DNA from: the human T2T-CHM13v2.0 reference genome, Homo sapiens
Direction: 5' to 3' (one strand)
NCBI RefSeq assembly: GCF_009914755.1
Contig: NC_060936.1
Length of the DNA: 64,000 bases
This document shows positions 1 through 17,049 of the stretch, piece by piece. Made by a program: the position numbers and the translations under genes. A model generated the notes under the pieces. It was not told where the DNA came from, searched no databases, and saw nothing but the letters and a program-made list of their open reading frames with translations. The stretch's first letter is position 1; every line of letters begins with the position of its first letter.

Positions 1-1321
1 CATTGGTGGAAAGGAATTTGAAAGGAATTTACTTTCTGAAGGGAATACCTGGAGTTAAAAGAACATCTGGTGTTACAAGGTCATCAAAGACCAGGAAATG
101 TATCAAGTCTTCTGGAAACTCACCCAGAGTTCTCATTAGTGATGAGGGAATTGCTATTCTGTAACTGCATAGATGGAACAATGATAACTCATATCCATTG
201 CAAAATGTTTCACCCCACAGAGTGATTAAGCAATTGGTATTTATTGCACCCAAGATATTGTTCACGTTTCTATTTGTGAACAACTCCCGTAACTACTCTT
301 TTACTCCCCATTTCCTTATCATTGCACAATTTCCAGCTGCATCTGTAATGCCTCTGCCCAGTTAAGTGGCTCTTGGCTCCTGCTGAGCATGACTGATGGG
401 CTGAGTTTCCCCTCAGGTTCTTCTAGTGCCCAATTTCCTAGTCTCCGTTAGCAGAACTGCTTTGTCCTATACATACTTTGTCTTAAGGTCAGCTCTGCTC
501 TCAGCTGTGCCCTATCTTCCAGTGGTTGCTCAATCTGGTTCCGTTTGCCTCCATGACATTACTAAAATCTCTTCCCATCTCTTGGATTCAACAGCTCGAA
601 ATCACGTTTTTTTTTTTCTTTTTTCCTATAGAATCATGACTTCCTTTCCCCAACCCCCAGAGTTTACCCTTAGACCTTGGTCGTTTTTATTTTCAGCTCC
701 AATCAGTTAAAATTCTGCTCTAAAGTGGTCAAGTGATGCTTTCCCTTCCAAGGAGAGAGTGGATAGTGTCAATGGGTCTGGTGTGACTAGCACTTGTGCT
801 TAGGGTCACAGGAAGGAAAGGCAATCGGGAAGGATTCCAGTAGAGAAGGTGGAGGAAGGGGCATCAGGCCATTGATCAGTGCTTCTGGTCTCCCACAAGT
901 CTGCTGGCGATGCAGAGCACATGGTATAGGGGTCAGAATATTCCAGACCTGGCCGTGAGAGAGCTCAAAGACATGGGCAAGTAAGTCCCTGCCATCTCAG
1001 AGCTGCAGTCTCTATGAGAGTGGCCCCCCTGGTGGCCCATTTCCCTTCCTTATATTATTGGGGGTCACAAAGTGCCTCACTAAAGAGTGTACTTTCCAGT
1101 CTCCTGGGAAGTTAGATTTAGCCACATAGGTCTGGCTTAGGAGAACTAAGTGAAGTTCTGTGGGGACTTAAGCAGAGGAGGCTGCTTAAAAGTAGGAGAT
1201 AACTGAGTGCAGAGCAGCTCCCTTTTAGCCTTTTCCCTTCTTTCCTGTAACCTGGCATGCAGATGGTGGGATTTCCATAGCTGACTTGCACCATGAGGTG
1301 CTTGGTAATAGAAGTATAGTG

Positions 1322-1423
1322 CATTAGCGTATAGCACCTATAAGGTATTAGTGCACAGGGCCTAATAGGGCATTAGGGCACAGCGCCTATGGGGTATTAG
1401 TGTATAGTATCTATAGTGTATTA
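1322..1423. repeat. Degenerate ~24-bp minisatellite, ~4 copies
   Basis: Units cattagcgtatagcacctataagg / tattagtgcacagggcctaataggg / cattagggcacagcgcctatgggg / tattagtgtatagtatctatagtg. Confidence 0.8.
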
Positions 1424-2076
1424 ATTTTCTGTTGCTATATAAGAAATTACCAGAAATTTAGTGGCTTAAAACAACACATTTATCATCTTACAGTTTCTGT
1501 GGATTTGGAGTCTGAGGATGGAGTCTCTGTTCAAGGTCTTGCGAGGCTGAAATCAAGGCATCAGCTGGGCTGTGCTCTCATCTGGAGCTTGGGCCCCTTT
1601 TCCAAGCTCATTCAGATTTTGGCAGCATTCAGTTCCTGGCAGTGGTGGAACTGAGGTCCTGTTTTCTTCTGGGCTGTTGGATGGGGGTCCACGCAGCTCC
1701 CTGGAGCTGCCCTCACATCCTAGCCTCATGGCCCCTCCCACATGGCTGCTTTCTTCTTAAAGGCCAACTGGAGAATCTCTCTTAGAAAGGCTCAAAAGCT
1801 ACCTTGTAATTTCTTTAGGATGAGCCCAGTGCCTTTTAAGGGCTCACCTGGTTATCAGACCCACTCAGGATATTCTCCCTTTTAATTAAGTTAAAGTCAA
1901 CTGATTTTGGTCTTTGATTACATCTGCAACGCCTCTTCAACTTTGTCATGTAATGTAACCTAATCATGGTGGTAAGATCCATCTTATTCACCGTCCTGCC
2001 TGTGATGGAAGGGAGGGGACTATTCTGAACACCAGGGGCAGGAATTTGGGACCATCTGAGTTCTGCCTCCTACACA
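1417..2076 (-). mobile_element. MaLR solo LTR, MLT1 (MLT1E-like)
   Basis: Starts tgtattaattttctgttgct...aaatttagtggcttaaaacaacacatttat and ends ...ccatctgagttctgcctcctacaca, matching the antisense MLT1 consensus as recalled. Confidence 0.85.
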
Positions 2077-2100
2077 TAAGGTGGTGCAGTAGAAATATAG

Positions 2101-2368
<268 letters not shown>

Positions 2369-2486
2369 AAATGAGATACATGTTCTTTGTTTATTGAAGA
2401 CACTATATTCAGGCCTCTTTTACTAGCTGCTGAAAACAATACCTAAATTGATTTGATTCAACACTGAGGTTGGAGAAGCTATTTCT

Positions 2487-2699
2487 TATTTTGAGACAGG
2501 GTCTCACTTTGTTGCCCAGGCTGTAGTGCAGTGGTGTGACCACAGCCCACTGCAACCTTTAATTCCTGGCTCAAGAGATTCTCCCACCTCAGCCTCCCGA
2601 GTAGCTAGGACTACAGGCATGTGACAACATGCCTGGCTAATTTTTAAATTTTTTGTAGGAATGGGGTCTCGCTATGTTGTCCACGCTGGCCTTGAATGC
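2487..2699 (-). mobile_element. AluJ, 5'-truncated
   Basis: Right arm plus partial left arm. Perfect 13-bp TSD agaagctatttct at 2474-2486 and 2700-2712. Confidence 0.9.
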
Positions 2700-2867
2700 A
2701 GAAGCTATTTCTAAGATTTAATCTTTCCCTTTCTTTGGGGGCATTCTCTTTGCTGTGTGTACACTGGCTGATGCCATGTTTGAAATTCAAAACTCTCTTG
2801 CTTGCCATTCATAGCTCTATGCATCCCAGGTGTACCTTGTAATTCTCCAGTGGTGATTCTGTTTGTT

Positions 2868-3095
2868 GTAGAGAAGAAAGAGCAGAATTTGAAGTTAGAA
2901 GACCTTGCTCCCAGGGTGGGCTTCTTCATTGATCAGCTTTATAATCTTTAGCAAGTTACTTCAATAGTTAAACTTGAATGCCCTTTAAGAAAATGAAGAT
3001 AATAATCATACCTGTCTTGCCTACTGTATAGGATTGATGTGAGGAACAAATGAGAGAAATATGTGAAGGTGTTTCGAGCCCTGTAAATGCCTGAG
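2868..3095 (+). mobile_element. MIR SINE
   Basis: MIR core and tail motifs: gcaagttactt, aaaatgaagataataat, tgtgaggaacaaatgagagaaatatgtgaa. Confidence 0.75.
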
Positions 3096-3399
3096 CAAAC
3101 GTTAATGACATGCCATGACTATCCATGCATTCATCTGTTCATTCTACAAACTTAATCTGAATGCATTATTTGTTAAGCATTGAACTGGTGCTGGGAATTC
3201 TAAGATTAGTAAGAGAGAGTTCCTGCCGTCACAGGGTCATAGTTTTTTGGGGTGGAGGGAGGGACAGACATATAAACAGTGGAGTATGAGATGTGCTAGG
3301 ATAGAAGAATGTATGGATTAGTCCTAATCTGGACCTAAGGGGTCAGTAGAATCTTTCTAGAGGCTTGGGCAAATAAGAGATAGTCCGATGAATAAGTAT

Positions 3400-3640
3400 T
3401 AATAATAATAATTACTATGCATAGAGTATTTGTTATGTATCAGGAACTGTTCTAAGTATGTTATATGTAGCCCTATGGTATAGATACTGTTATTCTAGCC
3501 TCCATTTTGCAGATAAGGAAACTGAGGCACAGGATAATTAATTTGCCCGACATAACACAGCTAGTAAGCTGGTGGAGCCAATCTAGGCTGATCCCATAAT
3601 TGTTCACTCCAGAGCCTGATCCCATAACTGTTATGCACTG
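3400..3640 (-). mobile_element. MIR SINE
   Basis: ccattttgcagataaggaaactgaggcacag...cacagctagtaag core. Confidence 0.85.
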
Positions 3641-3771
3641 GACCAGGTGGGGTGGCCTGTCCAGAGAGATGTAACAGAAAGCCTGTTCTGTGGAGAAACT
3701 GCAAGTAGTTCATCAGGGTCCCAGCAATTCATCAAAAAGTAAAGATGGGGGAAAGAGGGAGTTAAGGGTAC

Positions 3772-3817
3772 AAGGGCATAGAGAGGTAATATAAAAGGGC
3801 ATAGAGAGGTAATATAA
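3772..3817. repeat. Perfect 23-bp tandem duplication
   Basis: aagggcatagagaggtaatataa x2. Confidence 0.95.
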
Positions 3818-4840
3818 AAGCCAGTAAGCTTTTATATTGAGCAAAGGGAAGCCAGGTAAGGGTCTTGGCCAGGGTTGTTCTTTGCAAAGATCACTGTGGC
3901 ACAGACGGATAATAGGTTGGAGGGGTAGTATTGGACACGGAAAATAGTAAGGAAGTGCTGGCAGCTGGGTTTAGGGGAATAGTGAGTCTGGGGACAAAGG
4001 CGTGGATATGTGACACATGAAAAAATTAGACAGGATTATTTGGGTGGTGGTTGACAGAAAAGGAAGAATCAAGAGTGAGTTGTAGTATCTGGTTTTACCT
4101 GACAGAAGGGCCCTTTGCAGAGATGAATGCTAGAGGAACAAAAGGAGGAAAGGTGATGAGATTTGAATATATGGAGTGCGAGGTGCTTTTGATTCATACA
4201 AGTAGGCAGTGAATACAGGTATGAATCTGAGAGATCTGGAATGTGAAGATAGGCTTGGGAATCATCAATATGTGGATTATAATAGAGGCCCTGGGGATGG
4301 ATGAAATTGGCAAGGGAGAGTAATGTGGAGAGATAAGAACCAAGGACAGAAGTGCAGGGAGCACCCATCCTTGAAGTGTGAGCTGGGGGATATGAGGTGT
4401 GCAGAGAGACAGGAGGAACTCAAGAGTGCAGGGGAGTTAGAGATGCAAAAGCACTAAGTGGGTGGTTTCATGCAGAAAGGAGACTCGATACACATTAAAC
4501 AAACAGGACAAGTAAGCGAAGGAGTGAAAAATATTCATTGGACTTGGCCACAAAAAGATGAGCACAATTCCAGTGATTGCTCTGCATGGACATCAGGTTG
4601 CAGAGGGTTGAGAAATAAACGAGAGGTGCAAAGGTAGAGCTAATAAGTACACAAACGAACAAAACCAAAAAATGAGAAACAAGCTTTTTCTAGGACTTTG
4701 TGACAGGAGGAAGTCCAAAGGATAGGTGAAGAGGGTGTAGGATCCAAGGAGAGTTTTTTCTTTCTTTTCCTGTAAGTTGGGGACATATGAGCAAGTTTTT
4801 AGTGTGAAGGAAAAGAACCACTGGAAAGAGCCTACCTGAG

Positions 4841-5046
<206 letters not shown>

Positions 5047-5284
5047 CTACTATAAAGAAAGAAGGATGATAAAGTAAGGTTTCCTGGGGAGGCTGAGGGA
5101 ACAAGGTTCAGCAGCTGAGTGAGAGGATTCATCATAGGGAGAATGTTTTCTTCCTTTAGATGGGGAGAGAGGAAGTGCTCCCTAGGCTCCCACCCACCAC
5201 CCACCTGATTCTGCCAGGCCCGGGACACTGACCTGCCACACCAACCTCTGCCTTGTGCTGTTGTCATTCAGACACGTGCCAGCA

Positions 5285-6075
5285 TGCATCCATTCAGCAA
5301 ATACTGGTTGAGTACCTACTAGGAGCTAGCCCCTTTTTGAAATGCTGGAGATACATTAGTGTTTACAGCAGACAAAAACCCCACCTCTTGAGTTTACCTA
5401 TTCTGGTGGGAGGGCAGAGGCAATAAAATAACTGAGTAAATTATGCAGCATATTAGAAGTTGATAAGGCCTAGGCAGAAAAATAGAAACGGGAGAAAGAG
5501 AGGATTGAAGGGTCTCCCTGAGAAGGTGAGACTTGAGCAAAGATATGAAGGAGGTAAGAGAGGAAGTCCTGCCTATGTTTGGAGGAAGAATATTCCAGGC
5601 AGAGGCAACCGCAACTGCCAAGATCCCAAGGCAGGAGTAGGCCTGGCATCTCTGAGGAGCTGAGTGAGTGAGCAGTGAGGGCTGAGAGGTAATGGCTGGG
5701 TGGAGTTGCAGGACACTTAGGACCTCGTGGGTCACTTAAAGGATGTTGACTTTTATTCTGAGATGGGAGGCCATTGGAAGGTTGTGAGCAGAGGACTGAT
5801 GTAGGTTTTCTTATGGTTTAAAGGATCGCTCTGGCTGCTATGTTGAGGATTGACTGTGGGGAGTGAGGAGGTTGGGGACAAGTGTGGAAGGTCGGAAGCC
5901 AGTGAGGAGGCCATTGCAACAATTCAGGTGTTGAATGATGTGGCTTGGGAGAGTTGCTTTAGAGGAGATTATAAGCAGTGGCTAGACTTTGTATATATCT
6001 TGAAGGTTGAACCAGAAGGGTTTACTGACTGTTTATGAGGAAGACTCCAGAACTTTTGTCTTGAATAATCAGAAA
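5285..6075 (-). mobile_element. L2 (L2a-like) 3' end
   Basis: cattcagcaaatactggttgagtacctac tail; gacttttattctgagatgggaggccattggaagg; tttaaaggatcgctctggctgct. Confidence 0.85.
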
Positions 6076-6726
6076 GCCTCTTATCTGTTCCTTGTGAAAA
6101 AGAAGCTGGTTTTAATTTTCTTTGTATGTTTCATAGTTCCAATTGCAGTTTTGGGTGAACTTCAAGTTTTTGGTAAAAACTATTTAAATTTAATTGAAAG
6201 ATTTGTAGCCCTCTAAACTCATGCCCTATGGGATGATTAAAGTAGCTAATTTGTTGTTTTAAATACACCTTTTCCCTAAACTCAACACTAAATCTCTCAA
6301 AGTAACATCTATTTTCTGGAAGCAAATGGGACTTGTATGGTGTGACTCATAGGTAGGGATTGCTTGGGAATTTTGGGTGGAGGAGAGAAAGGAAAGAGTT
6401 GGCCCAAGGAGGCACCACATTGGAAACCTGGAGCAGCTGAGGGCTCTCAGCTGAGAGGTGACTGGCAAAGTGAAGGTGGGAATCTGAAAAACAAGAAAGG
6501 AAACCCAGATTGATTTTTTCCCTGATACCTTCAGTGTCTGACAATGTGTATTCTGACAATGTACATGCCTCTGTATGGCTTGCAAACAACAAGGACTTTG
6601 TTGCATCTTAAGTTCTTGAATTACAAGCAGAAGGAAGACAACATTTGGAAATGTGTCCTACTTTTGTGTTCTCTTAAAAAAAAAAGCATCAAATTTTTTC
6701 TTTCCCCTTATGGTTCTAGAACTAAT

Positions 6727-7222
6727 GTGCCAGTCACCTGTGTGTTTGCTCTCAGATCCATCCCCACTCTTATCTTTGACTGTTCTGAACTGCAGGTGGC
6801 TTCCACTGCAGACTTCACTTCCCAGCTCCCTTCCCCACTGGCTCCAGGCTTAGTGGGTGTGAAGCACTGCAGGGGATTGCAGGGTGTGAAGTGCTGTACT
6901 GAAGAACAAGGGTATTTCTTCCCCTCTGTCTTTGCTTCAAGTGATGTTCCAAAAGTAGCTATATTTTCTCTCCCAAAAGCCACACATACCACTGAGTGGC
7001 TCAGACTACTAGCTCTGTTAATATCACCTCTTCTCTTTTCTCTCCCACTTCTTGGTACTAGCTTCTTGATTCTGCTAATTGCTGGACTGCCCTATTGCTT
7101 CCTGTTACCTCATTGTTTCCTGTTACCTCTCATAAAAGCTTTGTAACTTGTTCTCCATATTAAATTCCTAATATTGAGCTACCTGGTATGTGCTGTTTTC
7201 TTAGTCGGAACTTGACTGACAT
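6727..7222 (+). mobile_element. ERVL solo LTR, LTR33-like
   Basis: tgtgccagtc...ctctcagatccatccccactc start, attaaa poly(A) signal, and ...cttgactgaca end. Confidence 0.7.
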
Positions 7223-7224
7223 GT

Positions 7225-7650
7225 GTATTTATTGTTGAAATTTGGCAAGAGGAGAGTTTTGTAGAACATAGAAGAATATAAAATCACCACTAATCCCACC
7301 ATCCAAAAGTAGCTATAGTTAGTGTTTTGGTGTGTATCTTTCCAGTTTATTTTCATGTGCATATAAGCATTTTTTTTTTTGTTCACAACTTTGGAGACAT
7401 AGTGTACTCTTTGCTTTGTAATCTTTTTTTCCCATTTGATATATTGAAAAAATTTCTAAATCATTTGGTATTCCTATATAACATGATTTTTAAAAATCAT
7501 GTTATATAGTTAGTTCTGTGACTTCAAATAGATATACTAGAATTTAGTCAGTGGACCACTGTTGGTTGTTCAAATCGTTTCCAATATTTTGCTATTATAA
7601 TATTATATGCAATTTTGGGGGTATATTTCTGATTGTTTCCTTAGAGTAGA
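7225..7650 (-). mobile_element. Old L1ME 3' end fragment
   Basis: aaaatcacc...aatcccacc...tagtgttttggtgtgtatctttccag; tttccaatattttgctattata. Confidence 0.7.
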
Positions 7651-8689
7651 TTGAAAAGGTAACTTCTACAAGAGCAGAGGTGTTTTCTGGCCTGCCCACT
7701 GATGAATTCTCAGTGCCTAAAGCAGTGTGGGAAGGGATACGTACAGTCTAGGGACCTCATACATGTTGAACTGCCTCTCTTTTGGGGGCCAGGGCTGATT
7801 CATCACACAGAAAGTAGTCGGCTCAGAACTGGCTGGCTGCCTGATGTATTGTACAGGATGGAGCCTCCAGGCTACCACAGCTGCTGGGATTCATTCAGCT
7901 GGTGGAATTTGCCTTTTGTAACTGAGAGCCAGCTGGACTGAGAGTGAAGGCCAGGGCCTTGTGGATTCCTGTGAAGTCCACTCCTGTTCCTCCAGGACAT
8001 CTGTTGGCTGCTCTCCTGAGGCTCTTGTAACCATGTTGTGTCAAAGCCCAGGCCCTGCCCCAGCTGGACGAAGCCTGCAGGGGTGGGGATGGAATTTTCA
8101 GGCCCCTTCAACTCTGAACCCTTAAAAACTGAGATTTTCTTAATTTTAGGCTTTCAACTACACTCTTAAATTTACTATTTTGAGGGTTAATTCAGATATC
8201 AAAGAAAGGCTTGATCACCAAGTAGATGGTAAAGGAAGTCCTTTTTGGTAAAGGAAGTTTAACTTAACCTTTACCAGGTTAACCAGCTCACAAGTTTTTT
8301 TTTCTTCTTCAGCAAATGAGGCACCACAGGAAGCTGGAACCTGGTCTCACCATTTATCTTTGGTTTGCCTAAGACCAAATAAATGACTTTATGCCCCAGG
8401 CTAAATAACAACAACATGCCAATAAAATAAAAACCACAAAGACAAAGTGGAATGTGGAGGACATGAAAGTTTCATGCTAGGAATTAAACTAGAACATGAA
8501 GAAGCATCCGGAGATCTCCAGTTCTGAATACCCTGGTCACTGTCAACAAGTTCCAAATGATTTAAAGTACTAATTGAATTTGATAATTGTTTATTGATCA
8601 CATAGTATATACTCTGCATCAGAAGCTGCCTCTAAGTAGTGTCACCTTAAGCAGAAGGGATTGAGGTACAAATTCACATCTCAGTAAAC

Positions 8690-8905
8690 ACTAAAGTGCT
8701 TAATTAGGAGCCCAGGATTGCATTGCTTGGGTTCTAATCCTGGCTTCACCATTATTCGCTGTGTGATCTTGGGGAAGTTGTCAGCTCTTCCTTGGCTTCA
8801 GTTTCCTAGTCTATAAAAAGGATGTAATATCCCACAAAGTTATTGGGAGATTTAAATGAATTAACATATATAATGTATTTGGAACACTGCCTGGGACATG
8901 GCATA
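8690..8905 (+). mobile_element. MIR SINE
   Basis: gggttctaatcctggcttcacc...gctgtgtgatcttggggaagtt...cagtttcct core. Confidence 0.85.
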
Positions 8906-11073
8906 TCTGCTTTGTTGCTCCACAGCTTCTCTCCAATGCCAAGTTTTCCTCTGGGTTGGGGTGCGGTATGACTTGGGGAATTGTTGCCTAGCCATTTATT
9001 TGGTGTGTGTCCCCTGCATCTGCAGGGACTTCCTAGCTTCCACCTCTTTGTAGCTTCCTAAACTTTCACTTGAAATACATGACCTTTGGTCAGTCCCCAG
9101 CTTGCCCCTCAGTGAGGGGTTAATGCAACACACTAGGCTAGGGAATGTAGAAGATAGGGAATTGTAAGGAAAGGTCTTTCCTTGATATGCTCAGCCTGTG
9201 AGGGTCTAACATACCTGGTCCAGGAAGAGATACCTTAGAATAGGATGCTGGCATTGGTATGGGGTTCCTTAAAATCACTGAAAGGAGGCCTAGTCCCTGA
9301 GAATGATTCTTAGCAACTGGACAGTCTGCCAATATTAGGACGATGTACTCAAGACAATCCAGCCTTTCATCCAAATTCAGGAATCTTTGGACGCTATCCC
9401 TTGGGAGATGATCATTTAATTTCTGCTCTAACATTTTATTCATTTGTTCATTCACTCACTCACTGGGCTAGGCCAGTCAAGGGGACTTCACCACTTTGAC
9501 CTATCAGAGGATAGTAAATTCTCCCAAACAACTTCCAGCAGGTCTTTTTTATTCTGGTTTTTCATACAAGTCATCTCTATTTTATATATTTAATGGCATA
9601 CATTATCTTCCTGAATCTTTTCCTTTTCAGACTCATTTGTTCTAGATTCAGATCATTCAACAAAACATGGCATGATTTCCACAGTCTCTGACATTCTGAT
9701 TGCATTGCTTGAGAAAATTCTCAGTCTGGGAATCTCCTTAAAATGCAGCACAGATGATGGCTGAATAGGAACAGCTCCGGTCTGCAGCTCCCAGCGAGAT
9801 CAACGCAGAAGGCGGGTGATTTCTGCATTTCCAACTGAGGTACACAGCTCATCTCATTGGGATTGGTTAGATAATGGGTGCAGCCCACAGAGGGTGAGCT
9901 GAGGCAGGGTGGGGCGTTGCCTCACCCGAGAAGTGCAAGGGGTTGGGAAACTCTCTCCCCTAGCCAAGGGAAGCCATGAGGGACTGTGCCATGAGGAACA
10001 GTGCATTCCAGCCCAGATACTACGCTTGTCCCACAGTCTTTGCAACCTGCAGACCAGGAGATTCCCGCGGGTACCTACACCACCAGGACCCTGGTTTTCA
10101 AGCACAAAACTGGGCGGATGTTTGGGCAGACACTGAGCTAGCTGGAGAAGTTTTTTTTCATACCCCAGTGGCGCCTAGAATGCCAGCAAGACAGAACCAT
10201 TCACTCCCCTGGAAAGGGGGCTGAAGCCAGGGAGCCAAGAGGTCTAGCTCAGCGGATCCCACTCCCACGGAGCCCAGCAAGCTAAGATCCACCGGCTTGA
10301 AATTCTTGCTGCCAGCATAGCAGTCTGAAGTTGACCTGGGATGCTCGAGTTTGGTGCAGGGAGGGGCGTCCACCATTACTGAGGCTTGAATAGGAGGTTT
10401 TTCCCTCACAGTGTAAACAAAGCCGCAGGGGATTCCAACTGGGCAGATCCCCCTGCAGCTTGGCAAAGCCACTGTAGCCAGACTGCCTCTCTAGATTCCT
10501 CCTCTCTGGGGAGGGCATCTCTGAAAGAAAGACAGCAGCCTCAGTCAGGGGCTTATAGATAAAACTCGCATCTCCCTGGGACAGAGCACCTGGGGGAAGG
10601 GGCAGCTGTGGGCATAGCTTCAGCAGACTTAAACGTTCATGCCTGCTGGCTCTGAAGAGAGCAGCGGCTCTCCCAGCACAGTGTTCGAGCTCTGCTAAGG
10701 GACAGACTGCCTCCTCAAGTGGGTCCCTGACCCCACTGCCTCCTGACTGGGAGACACCTCTCAGCAGGGGTCAACAGACACCTCATACAGGAGAGCTCTG
10801 GCTGGCATCTGGCAGGTGCCCCTCTGGGACAAGGCTTCCAGAGGAAGGAGCAGGCAGCAATCTTTGCTGTTCTGCAGCCTTCGCTGGTGATACCCAGGAA
10901 AACAGGGTCTGGAGTGGACCTCCAGCAGACCTGCAGCAGAGGGGCCTGACTGTTAGAAGAAAAACTAACAAGCAGCAAGGAATAGCATCAACATTAACAA
11001 AAAGGATGCCCACACAGAAACCCCACCTGAAGGTCACCAACATCAAAGACCAAAGGTAGGTAGATCCACAAAG

Positions 11074-12059
11074 ATGAGGAAAAACCAGCGCCAAAGGGCT
11101 GAAAATTCAAAAACCAGGATGCCTCTTCTCCTCCAAAGGATCACAACGTCTCACCAGCAAGGGAACAAAACTGGATGGAGAATGAGTTTGATGAATTGAC
11201 AGAAGTAGGCTTCAGAAGGTGGGTAGTAACAAACTCCTCCGAGCTAAAGGAGCATGTTCTAACCCAAAGCAAGGAAGCTAAGAACCTTGAAAAAAGGTTA
11301 GAGGGATTGCTAACTAGAATAACCAGTTTAGAGAAGAACATAAATGACCTGATGGAGCTGAAAAACACAGCACGAGAACCTGGTGAAGCATACAAAAGTA
11401 TCAATAGCTGAATTGATCAAGTGGAAGAAAGGATATCAAATTGAAGATCAACTTAGATTAGAGAAAAAAGAAAGAAATGAAACAAAGCCTCCAAGAAATA
11501 TGGGACTATGTGAAAAGACCTACGTTTGATTGTTGTACCGGGAAGTGACGGGAAGAATGGAACCAAGTTGGAAAATACTCTTCAGGATATTATCCAGGAG
11601 AACTTCCCCAACCTAGTAAGACAGGCCAACATTCAAATTCAGGAAATATAGAGAACACCACAAAGATATTCCTTGAGAAGAGCAACCCCAAGACACATAA
11701 TCATCAGATTCACCAAAGTTGAAATGAAGGAAAAAATGTTAAGGACAGCCAAAGAGAAAGGTCGGGTTACCCACAAAAAGAAGCCCATCAGATTAATAGC
11801 AGATCTCTTTGCAGAAACCCTACAGGCCAGAAGAGAGTGGGGGCCAATATTGAAAATTCTCAAAGAATTTTCAACCCGGAATTTCATTTCCAGCCAAACT
11901 AAGCTCATAAGTGAAGGAGAAATAACATTTTTTACAGACAAGCAAATGCTGAGAGATTTTGTCACCACCAGGCCTGCCCTAAAAGAGCTCCTGGAGGAAG
12001 CACTAAATATGGAAAGGAAAAACTGGTACCAGCCACTGCAACAACATACCAAATTGTAA
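11074..12059 (+). pseudogene. L1 ORF1p remnant (frameshifts/stops)
   Basis: ATG at 11074. ORF-track fragments MENEFDELTEVGFRRW... and RRATPRHIIIRFTKVEMKEK...WYQPLQQHTKL. Confidence 0.95.
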
Positions 12060-12122
12060 AGACCATCAACACTATGAAGAAACTGCATTAACGGATGCGC
12101 AAAATAACCAGCTGGCATCATA

Positions 12123-16047
<3,925 letters not shown>

Positions 16048-16419
16048 ACAATGAGAACACATGGACACAGGGAGGGGAACATCACACACTGGGGCCTGTC
16101 AATGGGTAGGGGTTTAGGAGAGGGAGCATTAGGAGAAATACCTAATGTAGATGATGGGTTGATGGGTGCAGCAAACCACCATGGCATGTGTATACTTATG
16201 TAAAAAACCTGCATGTTCTGCACATGTATCCCAAAACTTAAAGTATAATAAAAAATGCAGCACAAAGATTTAGTCTCAACACTCCATATGCAGAATAAGA
16301 GTCTCCCTGATGGATCTACTAATGGAGCCTAAGACTGTTTTAGCTTTTAAAGGAAAATTTTAAATGAGTCATTATTTGCCCAATTTTCTTCCACACGATA
16401 GCTACGTAATTGGCTTTGT

Positions 16420-16660
16420 AAATCTACATGTAACAGTTTAATTTCACTGCAGCTCACTTATCCTCTGATGTAATTTTGAATTTGCCAGTTAGAGGTATTT
16501 TTAGTGCCCATAATTTTGATAAGCATGAAGATGAATAAGAAAGACAAGGACGGCATACTCCAGCACCCCATCACAAATTTTGCTCTGAGATGAATACCCA
16601 TCTACTAATCAACACTCTTTGACTTTGGATTCAACCAGCTGATTCTTCCCACAACTCAAT
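16420..16660 (-). mobile_element. L3/CR1 LINE fragment (probably continues ~17230-17300)
   Basis: ttgataagcatgaagatgaataag...cagcacccca...aatcaacactcttt...ttcaaccagct and ttctccatcttgtccac resemble the antisense CR1 RT region. Confidence 0.5.
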
Positions 16661-16677
16661 CTATAGTTGCTACTCAC

Positions 16678-17049
16678 ATATCTGATTCAGTTTGGGTTGC
16701 TATAACAGAATACCATGGACTGGGTGATTTAAATAACAGAAATGTATTTCTCGTAGTTCTGGAGGCTGGGGTAGTCCAAGGTCAAGGCACTGGCAGGTGT
16801 CTGGTGACATCCTCTTCCTGGCTTGCAGTTGGCCATTTTCTTATTCTACCCTCACATGGTTGAGAGCAGAAAGAGAGGAAGCTCTCTCATGTCTCTTTGT
16901 ATGTGTATATGGGCACTAATTTCATCATGACACCTCAACCCTCATGGCCTAATTGTTTCCTGAAGGCCTCATCTCCAAAGACCCTAACATTGGAGATTTA
17001 GGCTTCAAAATGCAAATTTTGGGGAGACACAAATGTTCAGTCCATAGCA
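16678..17049 (-). mobile_element. MaLR solo LTR, MLT1A-like
   Basis: gttgctataacagaataccat...gttctggaggctgggg...gacacaaatgttcagtccatagca. Confidence 0.85.

Noticed and set aside
1322-1423. CRISPR-like or other repeat-spacer array
   Set aside because: The units are contiguous and degenerate with no unique spacers, and the DNA is primate with no cas-like genes.
6544-7146. 200-aa + strand ORF
   Set aside because: Non-ATG start, no recognisable domain, and most of it runs through an LTR33-like element; a chance ORF.
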